Below the pieces are notes generated by a model, which searched no databases, was not told where the DNA came from, and saw nothing but the letters and a program-made list of their open reading frames with translations. Below are positions 1-7,193 of a DNA stretch of 36,088 bases, piece after piece (positions within the stretch are counted from its first letter, which is position 1; every line of letters starts with the position of its first letter). The DNA comes from an uncultured Gammaproteobacteria bacterium (lineage in GTDB: Bacteria; Patescibacteriota; Microgenomatia; 0-14-0-10-38-17), in the NCBI GenBank assembly GCA_964624185.1, contig CAZUWK010000002.1:1-36088 (forward strand), written 5' to 3'. The translations under genes were made by a program, and so were the position numbers.

Positions 1-59
1 GGCAAACTTGTCGGAGCATTATACGAACAATATTTAGAAATAAGCAAAAATATACGATT

Positions 60-779
60 ATGATGACAATGAAATCATCCCGAAATAAGGATTTGTATTT
101 TACCTATACCCTATCCGAGTCAAGTTTTTCTTATGGGGCAGTAATAATCCTTGATGGATTGCCAAGTAGGCCAGCCAGTAAGGATCAATTAATAAAAAAG
201 TTATCCGGACATGGCTTTGATGTTTTTTTTCCAAGATATGAAGGGACTTGGGAGTCGAGGGGAGAATTTTTGAAAAGACCCCCAAGTCAAGGTATTATTG
301 AATTTATAGAAGCGTTACGAAAGGGTATTTCTTTGAATGATAAAAAATATTTTGCCAGAAAAATATTTCTTTTGGGATCAAGTTTTGGTGGCGGCGTTGC
401 CTTGGATGTCGCCGCTAGAGGTGTTGCCGATAAAACCTGTGTCCTATCGCCCGTAATAAGTTTTAGAAGAGTTGCCGGAGTAGATACTCTTGAAGATTAT
501 TTAAGAACTGCTTACAGTAAAAATTATCGTTTTAATTCCCAAAATTGGCAAAAACTTTTAGAAGACGGCCTGTGGGGTTTAGATAATTTTCAAATAAAAA
601 ACCCTTCTAATGTTTTAATCGTGGCCGGAAATGTTGATAGACAAATTAAAAAGGCTGACCTTATTAAATTTGGCAAGAAAAATAAAATTAGGGTTAACAT
701 TTATAATTTTGGTCATATAACCTTGAGTAAGATTACGGAATCTATATTAGAAGAGATTAGAAGCTTCTTTTTTAAATAA
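60..779 (+). CDS. alpha/beta-fold serine hydrolase
   Basis: 239-aa ORF. It has the nucleophile-elbow motif GSSFGG, then GNVD and a C-terminal FGH, in the Ser-Asp-His order typical of alpha/beta hydrolases. Confidence 0.6.
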   Translation: MMTMKSSRNKDLYFTYTLSESSFSYGAVIILDGLPSRPASKDQLIKKLSGHGFDVFFPRYEGTWESRGEFLKRPPSQGIIEFIEALRKGISLNDKKYFARKIFLLGSSFGGGVALDVAARGVADKTCVLSPVISFRRVAGVDTLEDYLRTAYSKNYRFNSQNWQKLLEDGLWGLDNFQIKNPSNVLIVAGNVDRQIKKADLIKFGKKNKIRVNIYNFGHITLSKITESILEEIRSFFFK

Positions 780-1767
780 ATCTTACTTCTGCGACAGCTT
801 TATGGCTACTATTTGTGTTTTGCCACCACTCTCTATATTCTTTTGCTCTTTCGTCTAACATATCTTCTACTATTTCTGAAGTAATTATTCCTCTAGACTT
901 TTTTACTCTAGGATCTTTAATTTTTTCACGAACTTTGGCTAAAGCCTCGTTGCTTATTCCTAGTTCTTGATAAACTCGCATACAGCCTTCAAGCAATTCT
1001 GGAATTTCTGAAAACCTCTTTATTATTTTGAATAGATCATCAACATTTAATGCCCTTGCGCTATCGTAAAAGTCTATGCTATCTGAGGCGAAGACGCTGC
1101 CATCTCCCTTTACTTTCCTATAAATACACCTGCCGACCATTGCGGCTGATAATAATCTCTTATTTCCCTCTTGAAACCATACCAGCCCAAGTCCGGTGTG
1201 AGCACAGTGAATAGAAGGGCGAATGACCCCCTTTTTTAGATCTTCAACGCACTCTTCTGAAAAAAGAAATTTCAGGAAGTTTTTGTATTTAAACATTACT
1301 AGTTCGTTCATTGTCACATCTCTGGTTCTGAAGAAATGTATAAGACCTTCTGGAATTGAGTTGCAAATTTCTATATCTTTGGGTTCAAAATATTCTGAAA
1401 GAGAAGCAATTTGCTTTCTTCTTGCAATTCTTTCCTCTCTATTTGCCGAAGGCGTTTCAAAAACAACGATATCAAGATCTTCTAATTTATCATAATTACA
1501 TTGTGAGATAAGGCCCAAATTAAGTCGGAAAAGTTCTCTTGCAAAACCGCCCTTTATGGCAATTGGATCTTCTACATCCAAGAATCTGTTGTGAAGATTT
1601 GGTTCAAGGTCTTCCAAGAGCATCGTTCGAGAACGAACTATTACGGGCTTATACTCTACGAATGGAAGCTCTTCGCTTGTTTTCAAGGGATCATTTTCTC
1701 TTTCTATCATTAAGGGTATTTTATGTGAGTTGTTGATTTTTTTCAAGTTAACCCAACAGTTCGGCAT
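772..1767 (-). CDS. divergent class-II nucleotidyltransferase (poly(A) polymerase / CCA-adding head-domain-like)
   Basis: 331-aa ORF. IKGGFARELF...EDLDIVVF resembles the GGxxRD...DxD motif, and RTRDVTMNEL resembles the RRDFTINA motif of this family. The rest of the protein is not recognisable. Confidence 0.4.
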   Translation of the reverse strand: MPNCWVNLKKINNSHKIPLMIERENDPLKTSEELPFVEYKPVIVRSRTMLLEDLEPNLHNRFLDVEDPIAIKGGFARELFRLNLGLISQCNYDKLEDLDIVVFETPSANREERIARRKQIASLSEYFEPKDIEICNSIPEGLIHFFRTRDVTMNELVMFKYKNFLKFLFSEECVEDLKKGVIRPSIHCAHTGLGLVWFQEGNKRLLSAAMVGRCIYRKVKGDGSVFASDSIDFYDSARALNVDDLFKIIKRFSEIPELLEGCMRVYQELGISNEALAKVREKIKDPRVKKSRGIITSEIVEDMLDERAKEYREWWQNTNSSHKAVAEVRFI

Positions 1768-1948
1768 TTTTTACCTAAACAGAAAATATTCGAAAAAAAT
1801 GATTAGTTTGGGGTGGACTAAATCGTTAAGTACACTTCACTTTGATTAAACAAGTAGTCTTTTAGCCATTCTTTTGTTCGAGTAGCATTCAAACGAGGGA
1901 GCCATCTTTCGCCAAGGCTTCAGAATGGTCATTATTGAAGGGGTCGTT

Positions 1949-2229
1949 ATGTTCTACGTTTATATTCTTTATGGCAGTAAATCTAAAAACTTTTATTATG
2001 GTTATACTTATGAGCTTAAGAAAAGATTCCAAGAACATAAAACGATGGTCTATCAAAAGCAACAAAACCATTTAAGCCCTGGCATTTAGTTTGGTATTGT
2101 GCTTTTGAAGACAAAGCAAAAGCCAAAGATTTTGAGAAATACCTAAAAAGCGGTTCTGGCAAAGCGTTTGCTTATAAAAGATTAGTTAATTCTGGAGCCC
2201 TGAAGAAAGATAGCCTTTCGGCTGGTTAG
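1949..2229 (+). pseudogene. GIY-YIG (URI-type) nuclease gene, frameshifted
   Basis: Frame 2 from ATG 1949 reads MFYVYILYGSKSKNFYYGYTYELKKRFQEHK and stops at 2087-2089. Frame 1 continues NDGLSKATKPFKPWHLVWYCAFEDKAKAKDFEKYLKSGSGKAFAYKRL to TAG 2227-2229. The two halves join if the A4 run at 2039-2042 were A5. Confidence 0.6.
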
Positions 2230-2267
2230 GTATTCCGGAGCCGTCTGCCGCTAATTTGTAGCTTTAG

Positions 2268-2933
2268 CGAAAGACAGTTATAGATCGGCGAAGGATACCA
2301 AGCCGAGGAGCCATCTTTGACGAGAGGCCTAATCGGCTATCTTGTCAAAGGGGTTTATCCAGTTATATCGGGCTTTTTCGCCCGAAAGCGTTAAGTTCTG
2401 AAGTGTCATTCTTAAAAGTAGCCGTTTTTCGTGAGCTTCAGTCGGCAGGTGTCAAGCTATTCCACCTGGAAGGTGGAAATCATCTCCCGATAAAGTTATT
2501 AGCATGCGTATTTTACCAATAAAATTTGGAACGCGGCGCGCTTTGCGCGCATCCAGATTGACGAGGATCCATTTATGAAAATCTGTTTCCAGTCCGCAAA
2601 AATAAATCATCCCGACGATCGGCAGATATTAGCCTCACTTGATAAAACCATTAAAAATGTAACCCAAGATATGGAAAAATACCGCTTTGGCCAGGCGGCG
2701 GAAAAGCTTTACGCTTTTTTCTGGCATGAGTCTTGCGATATTTATCTTGAACAAGCTAAAAAAAGGCCCTATAATGAAAGCAGGCCAAAAAAAATGGGAA
2801 GAAGCTTTGACGGTTTTTAACTTTTGTTTTAAAAGAAAGCCTGAAGCTGCTTCATCCTCTTATGCCCTATGTCAGCGAGGAAATTTGGACCAACCAATTA
2901 AAAGAGCTCGTACCTTTGGTAGTTTCGCCTTAG
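2268..2933 (+). pseudogene. valS: valyl-tRNA synthetase 3' remnant, 5'-truncated and multiply frameshifted
   Basis: Stop-free frame 3 (2268-2519) reads SRGAIFDERPNRLSCQRG, comparable to HGLVRDxxGRKMSKSxG. Frame 1 reads FTNKIWNAARFA...DRQILASLDKTIKNVTQDMEKYRFGQAAEKLYAFFWHESCDIYLEQAK. Frames 2 and then 3 read WEEALTVFNFCFK and ESLKLLHPLMPYVSEEIW. No catalytic N-terminal half lies upstream. Confidence 0.6.
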
Positions 2934-3002
2934 TCCAAGAAAGAAATCCGGTAACAAAAATTTTCAATTTACAATTTTCATTCTCGATTTTTTTTATCTC
3001 GC

Positions 3003-3026
3003 ATATCTTAATATCTTAGTATCTTA
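3003..3026. repeat. three tandem 8-bp units ATATCTTA ATATCTTA GTATCTTA
   Basis: Read directly from the sequence. The units lie about 20 nt upstream of the ATG at 3048, just before the GGGGGTGAG Shine-Dalgarno. Confidence 0.7.
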
Positions 3027-3047
3027 AACAAGAAGGGGGTGAGAAAA

Positions 3048-3281
3048 ATGGAAAATCCTTTAAAAGAAATTGTCAGGAATGCCACTTTTTTAGCCGTTAT
3101 CCAAGGCATTCTTTTTATCGTTTTGGGCATTATTAGCTTTATTCATCCTAAAGTTTTGGTAGCCTTAGCGGCGGCGGCCTTTTTAGCCACCGGCATTGTT
3201 TCTCTTTACTATGGCTGGCGTATCCGAAGTTTTTCCAAAAAAGCGGAAAAGTTTTGGAAAAAGCTTGGTGAGGAAGAGTAA
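3048..3281 (+). CDS. small two-TM membrane protein, unknown function
   Basis: The ORF-track entry 3039-3281 begins at a GTG inside the SD. ATG 3048 follows AAGGGGGTGAG at proper spacing. Two hydrophobic segments are present (FLAVIQGILFIVLGIISFI and LVALAAAAFLATGIVSLYY). Confidence 0.5.
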   Translation: MENPLKEIVRNATFLAVIQGILFIVLGIISFIHPKVLVALAAAAFLATGIVSLYYGWRIRSFSKKAEKFWKKLGEEE

Positions 3282-3565
3282 AAAAGAAAGGAAAGGTGTC
3301 AGGTGAGAGGATTTGTTACTTCAGAAGCCGCTCTATTGCGAAGGGAATTTTGTCGACTAAGTCATCGGCATTAAAGATAGGGACTTTTTTCCGATAAAGT
3401 TCATAGGCGGCTTTTTTGGAGACAAAAAGAGCCGTTGCGGCCGCTTCAAGAGCAGGCTTTTGCCTGGCTAAAGCCTCCACCTTTCCCAAACTTGGTTCGG
3501 GAGAAGAAAAGAAGACCCATTTTATTTAAACGCGAGGCTATCTTTAACGATAAAAGAGGGGCGCC

Positions 3566-3625
3566 ATGAAAAAGACGGGAGCAGTGTACCACGTGGGGTA
3601 CATTGCCATCTTACCGAAGGTCTGA
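3566..3625 (+). other. candidate 19-codon small ORF (MKKTGAVYHVGYIAILPKV) with SD
   Basis: AAGAGGGG lies 5 nt upstream of ATG 3566, and the stop is TGA 3623-3625. The 3' end overlaps the left arm of the long hairpin at 3611-3698. Nothing else supports it. Confidence 0.2.
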
Positions 3626-3698
3626 AGCTAACAGACCCCTGGGGTCGGAAGCTAGGGTCGGAAGCTACTCTAACACTCAGTCTACGTACCTTCGGTAA
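3611..3698. other. candidate structured element: 11-bp perfect stem enclosing a 13-nt perfect tandem duplication
   Basis: TTACCGAAGGT (3611-3621) pairs with ACCTTCGGTAA (3688-3698). Inside the stem, GGGTCGGAAGCTA occurs twice in tandem (3642-3654 and 3655-3667), and a related GGTCTGAAGCTA lies at 3619-3630. Confidence 0.35.
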
Positions 3699-3781
3699 TT
3701 AAATCCTAAAAAGTGTATAGTATGTCCTGGACACCGTACATTAGACCCTTGACACGATAGGAGCAATTTTGTTAACTAATA

Positions 3782-5098
3782 ATGATGAAGGAAAATTCTA
3801 GACTGGTTGTTTTGCTTGGGATTTTAGTTTTTTTGTTGTTAGGGTTGATGGGCTATGCCCTGTTGGGGCCGGAAAAGGTGACAATTAACAAAGAAGAAGC
3901 TGTTCCAGAAATTGAAACGGAACCTTCAAAACCTCAGGCCATAATGATTTTAATTGAGTACAAGGATACAGTTGGTTTGGTTAATTTTGTAAATGAACTT
4001 CACAGAAGAAATATCCCCGGTCTTCTTCATGTTTCGGGCGATTTTGTTGAAGAAAACTGCGACACGATTAAAAAATTATTAAAATATGATATGGAGATTA
4101 TGGCTTCTTTAGAGGGAGAGCCTCTTTGGGGTATCCCCTATGAAGAGCAGAAAAAAATTATTACTGAAACAAAAGAAAAAATAGAAACCTGTACCGGAAC
4201 TCCAGTAAGAATTATTTCTTCTCGTTATATGGCCTCGGATATTAACACCCTGAAAGCGGCTGAAGAATTAGGCATTCCTTATATTACCGCCAGGGGGACA
4301 ACCGATACCAAAGCAGCCGTTTATCAAGTGGAGGGATATGAGACTAAAATTTTATCAGTTTCCAATATTCCCAAAGTTCAGTTTAAATACGGCTCTCTTT
4401 GCGACTATTCTTATTATGAAAGATCCGGAACCCCTGAAGATATGTTGTCAGAGCTTTATCGGGCTATTGAGCCCTTAACCGATAAGGAAAAGGAAAGATA
4501 TGGCAGAAATCACAAAGTAACTCCGGTAACTCATACTAATATTGGTGGTTACTTAAAGCCCTGGGCGGACATGTGGCTTAAGTTTTTTGATGAAACTGCC
4601 GATAAGATTGATTGGGTTGATTTAGACGCCTTTATGGTGGAGACTGATTGGACTTTGCCTGACTGGCAAGTACCAATTAATAAAAATGCTCCTTACACGC
4701 CGGAAAAAATTAGACCCCTTACCCCTTATGAAGAAGTGGAAAAGGTCCAAAACCCTTGCCGGGTGGAAGATCTTGGTCAAATAAAAGCAGAAATCTTGCC
4801 GGCAGAAGTCGAAGAAGAAGCCCTGGAAAGCAGGTTGATGATGTTTCATAACGGAAAAGGGCCAATGTGTCTTGAGGCGCTAGAATTTTTATCAACAATT
4901 GACTATCCGATGGAAGAGCACCTTGATTCTGAGGCAGATTTTTACGATCAGTTAAATGAATTTAGAGCAAAATTTGGTCAAAGCGAAGGCGTGTCTGAAT
5001 CGTTTGGCTACTATCCAATAATATTCATTAAGAATAGAGCTTTTTCCGGGTTTAATGAAGAGATAAAAAGTGAGATATTAAAAGAAATTGCTAATTAG
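3782..5098 (+). CDS. membrane-anchored protein with a NodB/polysaccharide-deacetylase-like region and a C-terminal glutaredoxin-like domain
   Basis: 438-aa ORF with an N-terminal TM segment (LVVLLGILVFLLLGLMGYALL). The central region resembles the NodB layout (GDFVEENCDTIKKLL..MEIMASLEGEP..YEEQKKII..TGTPVRIISSRYMA..LGIPYI), but the canonical DD, HxxxH and RxPY motifs are not evident. The C-terminus reads MMFHNGKGPMCLEALEFL, which is thioredoxin-fold-like with a single Cys. Confidence 0.3.
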   Translation: MMKENSRLVVLLGILVFLLLGLMGYALLGPEKVTINKEEAVPEIETEPSKPQAIMILIEYKDTVGLVNFVNELHRRNIPGLLHVSGDFVEENCDTIKKLLKYDMEIMASLEGEPLWGIPYEEQKKIITETKEKIETCTGTPVRIISSRYMASDINTLKAAEELGIPYITARGTTDTKAAVYQVEGYETKILSVSNIPKVQFKYGSLCDYSYYERSGTPEDMLSELYRAIEPLTDKEKERYGRNHKVTPVTHTNIGGYLKPWADMWLKFFDETADKIDWVDLDAFMVETDWTLPDWQVPINKNAPYTPEKIRPLTPYEEVEKVQNPCRVEDLGQIKAEILPAEVEEEALESRLMMFHNGKGPMCLEALEFLSTIDYPMEEHLDSEADFYDQLNEFRAKFGQSEGVSESFGYYPIIFIKNRAFSGFNEEIKSEILKEIAN

Positions 5099-5188
5099 AT
5101 AAAGAAATTTTAATTTCTCTTTCTTTTGACAACCCCCCCATCTTCTGGATCTAAACGTTTCGGCTATTAGGGTGCTAAACTAATAATA

Positions 5189-6214
5189 ATGTTAAAAAAG
5201 CTTTTTTTGGCGGTTGGCTTTCTAATATTGGGCGGAGCCTTCTTTCTCGGTTATAATTTGTTTTTTGTTGCCTCCCAAAGACAAGCAAGCCAAGAAGTCT
5301 TTATTGCCAAGGTTTCGTTGCCTAGGGCGGTTTTGGCCAGTCGCCTTGAAGATGGGGGTTTTCTTAAAACACCCGAGCTTTTTAATTGGTTGTTGGCAGT
5401 TTTTGGCAAAGAGGAAATAGAAGCCGGCGGTTATCGAGTTAGTAAGAGTATGAATATTTGGGAGCTAGCTAAAGTTTTTGCCGCCGATCCGGATTTGGTT
5501 TGGGTAACTATCCCTGAGGGTTGGCGAAAAGAGCAGATTGGGGAACGGTTGGCCAAGGCTCTAGGCTGGAGTGATGAAGAATTGGCCGATTGGGGGCAAA
5601 AATATACCGCCATGGATTATGATCGCCTTGAGGGGGTTTATTTTCCTGACACCTATCTTATCCCTAAAGACGAAGACGGTCTGGCCATTGCCAAGCGTTT
5701 TCAGGACCGCTTTGAGGAAAAAATTGCCCCCTACTACGATGATTTTTTAGTTCAAGATATTAAATGGACCACTGGTTTGGCTTTGGCTTCGGTTATTCAA
5801 CGGGAAGCGGCCGGGAATCACGATATGAAATTAATTGCCGGAATTCTATGGAACCGTCTGCTTGAGGGGATGAGGCTTCAGGTGGATGCCACTGTTCAAT
5901 ATGTTCGCGACGATATTATTCATTATGGGGCGGCTCGCCACGATACCCAACCGGTTGGAACTTATCAGAAAGAAGGCGGTTGGTGGGCGCCGATTAAACC
6001 GGAGGATAAAAATATTGCCTCCCCTTATAATACTTATCGCAATGAAGGTTTGCCGCCCCATCCGATTTGCAACCCCGGGCTGGCGGCAATTGAAGCGGTG
6101 CTTGCTCCGGAGGAAACTGATTGTTTTTATTATCTTCATGCTCCTGACCGGCAAATTTATTGCGCCCCAACTTACCAGGAACACTTGGACAACATTGAGA
6201 AATATTTGCGATAA
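5189..6214 (+). CDS. mltG: endolytic murein transglycosylase MltG (YceG family)
   Basis: 341 aa with an N-terminal TM segment. Motifs include IPEGWRKEQIGERL, EGVYFPDTY, LASVIQREA, LQVDATVQY and SPYNTYRNEGLPPHPICNPG. Confidence 0.85.
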   Translation: MLKKLFLAVGFLILGGAFFLGYNLFFVASQRQASQEVFIAKVSLPRAVLASRLEDGGFLKTPELFNWLLAVFGKEEIEAGGYRVSKSMNIWELAKVFAADPDLVWVTIPEGWRKEQIGERLAKALGWSDEELADWGQKYTAMDYDRLEGVYFPDTYLIPKDEDGLAIAKRFQDRFEEKIAPYYDDFLVQDIKWTTGLALASVIQREAAGNHDMKLIAGILWNRLLEGMRLQVDATVQYVRDDIIHYGAARHDTQPVGTYQKEGGWWAPIKPEDKNIASPYNTYRNEGLPPHPICNPGLAAIEAVLAPEETDCFYYLHAPDRQIYCAPTYQEHLDNIEKYLR

Positions 6215-6229
6215 ATTTTTTTGGCTTTC

Positions 6230-6257
6230 TTGACAAGGGAAATAAAAGGTTTATAAT
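6230..6257 (+). promoter_or_regulatory. sigma70-type promoter TTGACA-N16-TATAAT
   Basis: TTGACA lies at 6230-6235 and TATAAT at 6252-6257, 30 nt upstream of the ATG at 6288. Confidence 0.6.
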
Positions 6258-6287
6258 GGGTATATATTCACAAAGAGTTAGCCCTTT

Positions 6288-6791
6288 ATGCCTAAGAAAA
6301 AGAAAGTTCGCCAAGTTGCCTTTGATCCGGAAGTAACCTATTTTAAGCCGCGAGGGGTGGCTCTTTCCTCTTTAAAAGAGATAAGTCTAAATCTAGATGA
6401 GTTAGAAGCCCTGCGGTTGGTGGATTTGGAGGACCAAGAGCAAACCGCGGCGGCTAAAAAAATGGCCATTTCTCAATCAACCTTACAAAGAACTTTGGTT
6501 AAGGCTCGTAAAAAAGTTGCCCAAGCCCTAGTGGAGGGCCAGGCAATAAAAATTAAAGGGGGTGAGGTAATTATGGTCGGATTTGGTCGAGGTCGAGGTC
6601 AGGGTGGTGGGCGAGGCCCGTCAACAGGTTCAGGGCGAGGACGGATGGGAGGATCGTTTTCTGCCGGTCCGGGAGGAGTTTGCGTTTGCACTAATCCCGA
6701 TTGCCAACATGAAATGACCCATCAGGCCGGGGTTCCCTGTTATCAGGCGAAATGTCCTAAATGCGGCAGCCCGATGGTTAGAAAACGATAA
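6288..6791 (+). CDS. DUF134/UPF0251 DNA-binding protein fused to an RGG-rich linker and a Cys-rich zinc-ribbon tail
   Basis: The N-terminus, PEVTYFKPRGV...LNLDELEALRLVDLEDQEQTAAAKKMAISQSTLQRTLVKARKKVAQALVEGQAIKIKGG, is the DUF134 pattern. The tail reads GFGRGRGQGGGRGPSTGSGRGRMGG followed by CVCTNPDCQHEMTHQAGVPCYQAKCPKCG. Confidence 0.7.
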   Translation: MPKKKKVRQVAFDPEVTYFKPRGVALSSLKEISLNLDELEALRLVDLEDQEQTAAAKKMAISQSTLQRTLVKARKKVAQALVEGQAIKIKGGEVIMVGFGRGRGQGGGRGPSTGSGRGRMGGSFSAGPGGVCVCTNPDCQHEMTHQAGVPCYQAKCPKCGSPMVRKR

Positions 6792-6797
6792 ATTTTT

Positions 6798-7193
6798 ATG
6801 AAAATTGCTATTTGCGCATCAGGACAAGATTTAGAAAGCCAGGTTAATCCTCGTTTTGGTCGTTGCCCTTATTTTTTGTTGGTTGATTCTGAAACCAAGG
6901 AATTTGAGATTCTAGAAAACACGGCCGGAATGGCTCCTCGTGGAGCGGGAGTTTCGGCGGCCCAAATGGTGGCTAACAAGAAGGCGGCGGCGGTTTTAGG
7001 GGTTAATTTTGGCCCCAACGCCGTTAATGTTTTAGGAGGAGCGGGAATTAAGCTTTATGCTCTTCCACCGGAAAAGTCTTTTGTTAGTATTGCCGAAGCC
7101 TTAGAAATGTATCGAGGGGGAAAGCTAGAAGAAGTCAAAAAAGCAACAGGCCCAGGATGGGGTTTCCAAAAAGGAGGTAGGCGTGGTCGATAA
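6798..7193 (+). CDS. NifX/NifB-C-terminal-like protein (dinitrogenase FeMo-cofactor-binding fold family)
   Basis: 131 aa. KIAICASGQDLESQVNPRFGRCPYFLLVDSETKEFEILEN...AVLGVNFGPNAVNVLGGAGIKLY matches the family pattern HFGRAPYF...G.nA...L...GI. Confidence 0.75.
   Translation: MKIAICASGQDLESQVNPRFGRCPYFLLVDSETKEFEILENTAGMAPRGAGVSAAQMVANKKAAAVLGVNFGPNAVNVLGGAGIKLYALPPEKSFVSIAEALEMYRGGKLEEVKKATGPGWGFQKGGRRGR

Noticed and set aside
100-285. Antisense or shadow ORFs listed in the track, for example 100-285, 1223-1495, 1539-1736, 4622-4849, 5431-5613, 9425-9670, 12559-12924, 13305-13610, 15217-15433, 16634-16825, 17903-18091, 18545-18826, 18935-19228, 24120-24308, 24877-25222, 26129-26771, 27489-27710, 28216-28506, 31160-31528, 32267-32548, 32651-32842 and 33632-33841.
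   Set aside because: Each lies wholly within a longer ORF that carries clear family motifs or better start signals, and none has a recognisable motif of its own.
2229-2300. A tRNA-like segment. GGTATTC at the 5' end can pair with GGATACC at the 3' end (7 bp with one G-U), followed by an A, and there are internal hairpins.
   Set aside because: There is no T-loop (GTTCRA) and no proper D-arm, and the candidate anticodon loop would be 9 nt. The segment also lies partly within the stop-free valS-homologous frame, which starts at 2268.
1898-2318. The 12-nt direct repeat GGAGCCATCTTT (1898-1909 and 2307-2318) flanks the GIY-YIG ORF and could be a target-site duplication.
   Set aside because: By a rough count, about one exact 12-mer repeat within ~400 nt is expected by chance in a window of this size. 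GIY-YIG endonucleases are also not known to generate target duplications.
2536-2550. GCGCGC-TTT-GCGCGC, a perfect hairpin in an otherwise AT-rich region.
   Set aside because: It falls inside the conserved ValRS peptide NAARFAR, so it is explained by the coding history rather than an RNA element.
3642-3667. The GGTCGGAAG repeats superficially recall the SRP RNA domain IV GGAA tetraloop region.
   Set aside because: The flanking bases do not pair around GGAA, and the conserved AGCAGC-type symmetric loop is absent.
5846-6314. Three overlapping ORFs of more than 100 codons (5846-6184 minus, 5886-6233 plus, 5994-6314 minus) lie across the mltG 3' end.
   Set aside because: mltG has clear family motifs through this region. 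The others are low-complexity shadow frames with no start signals.
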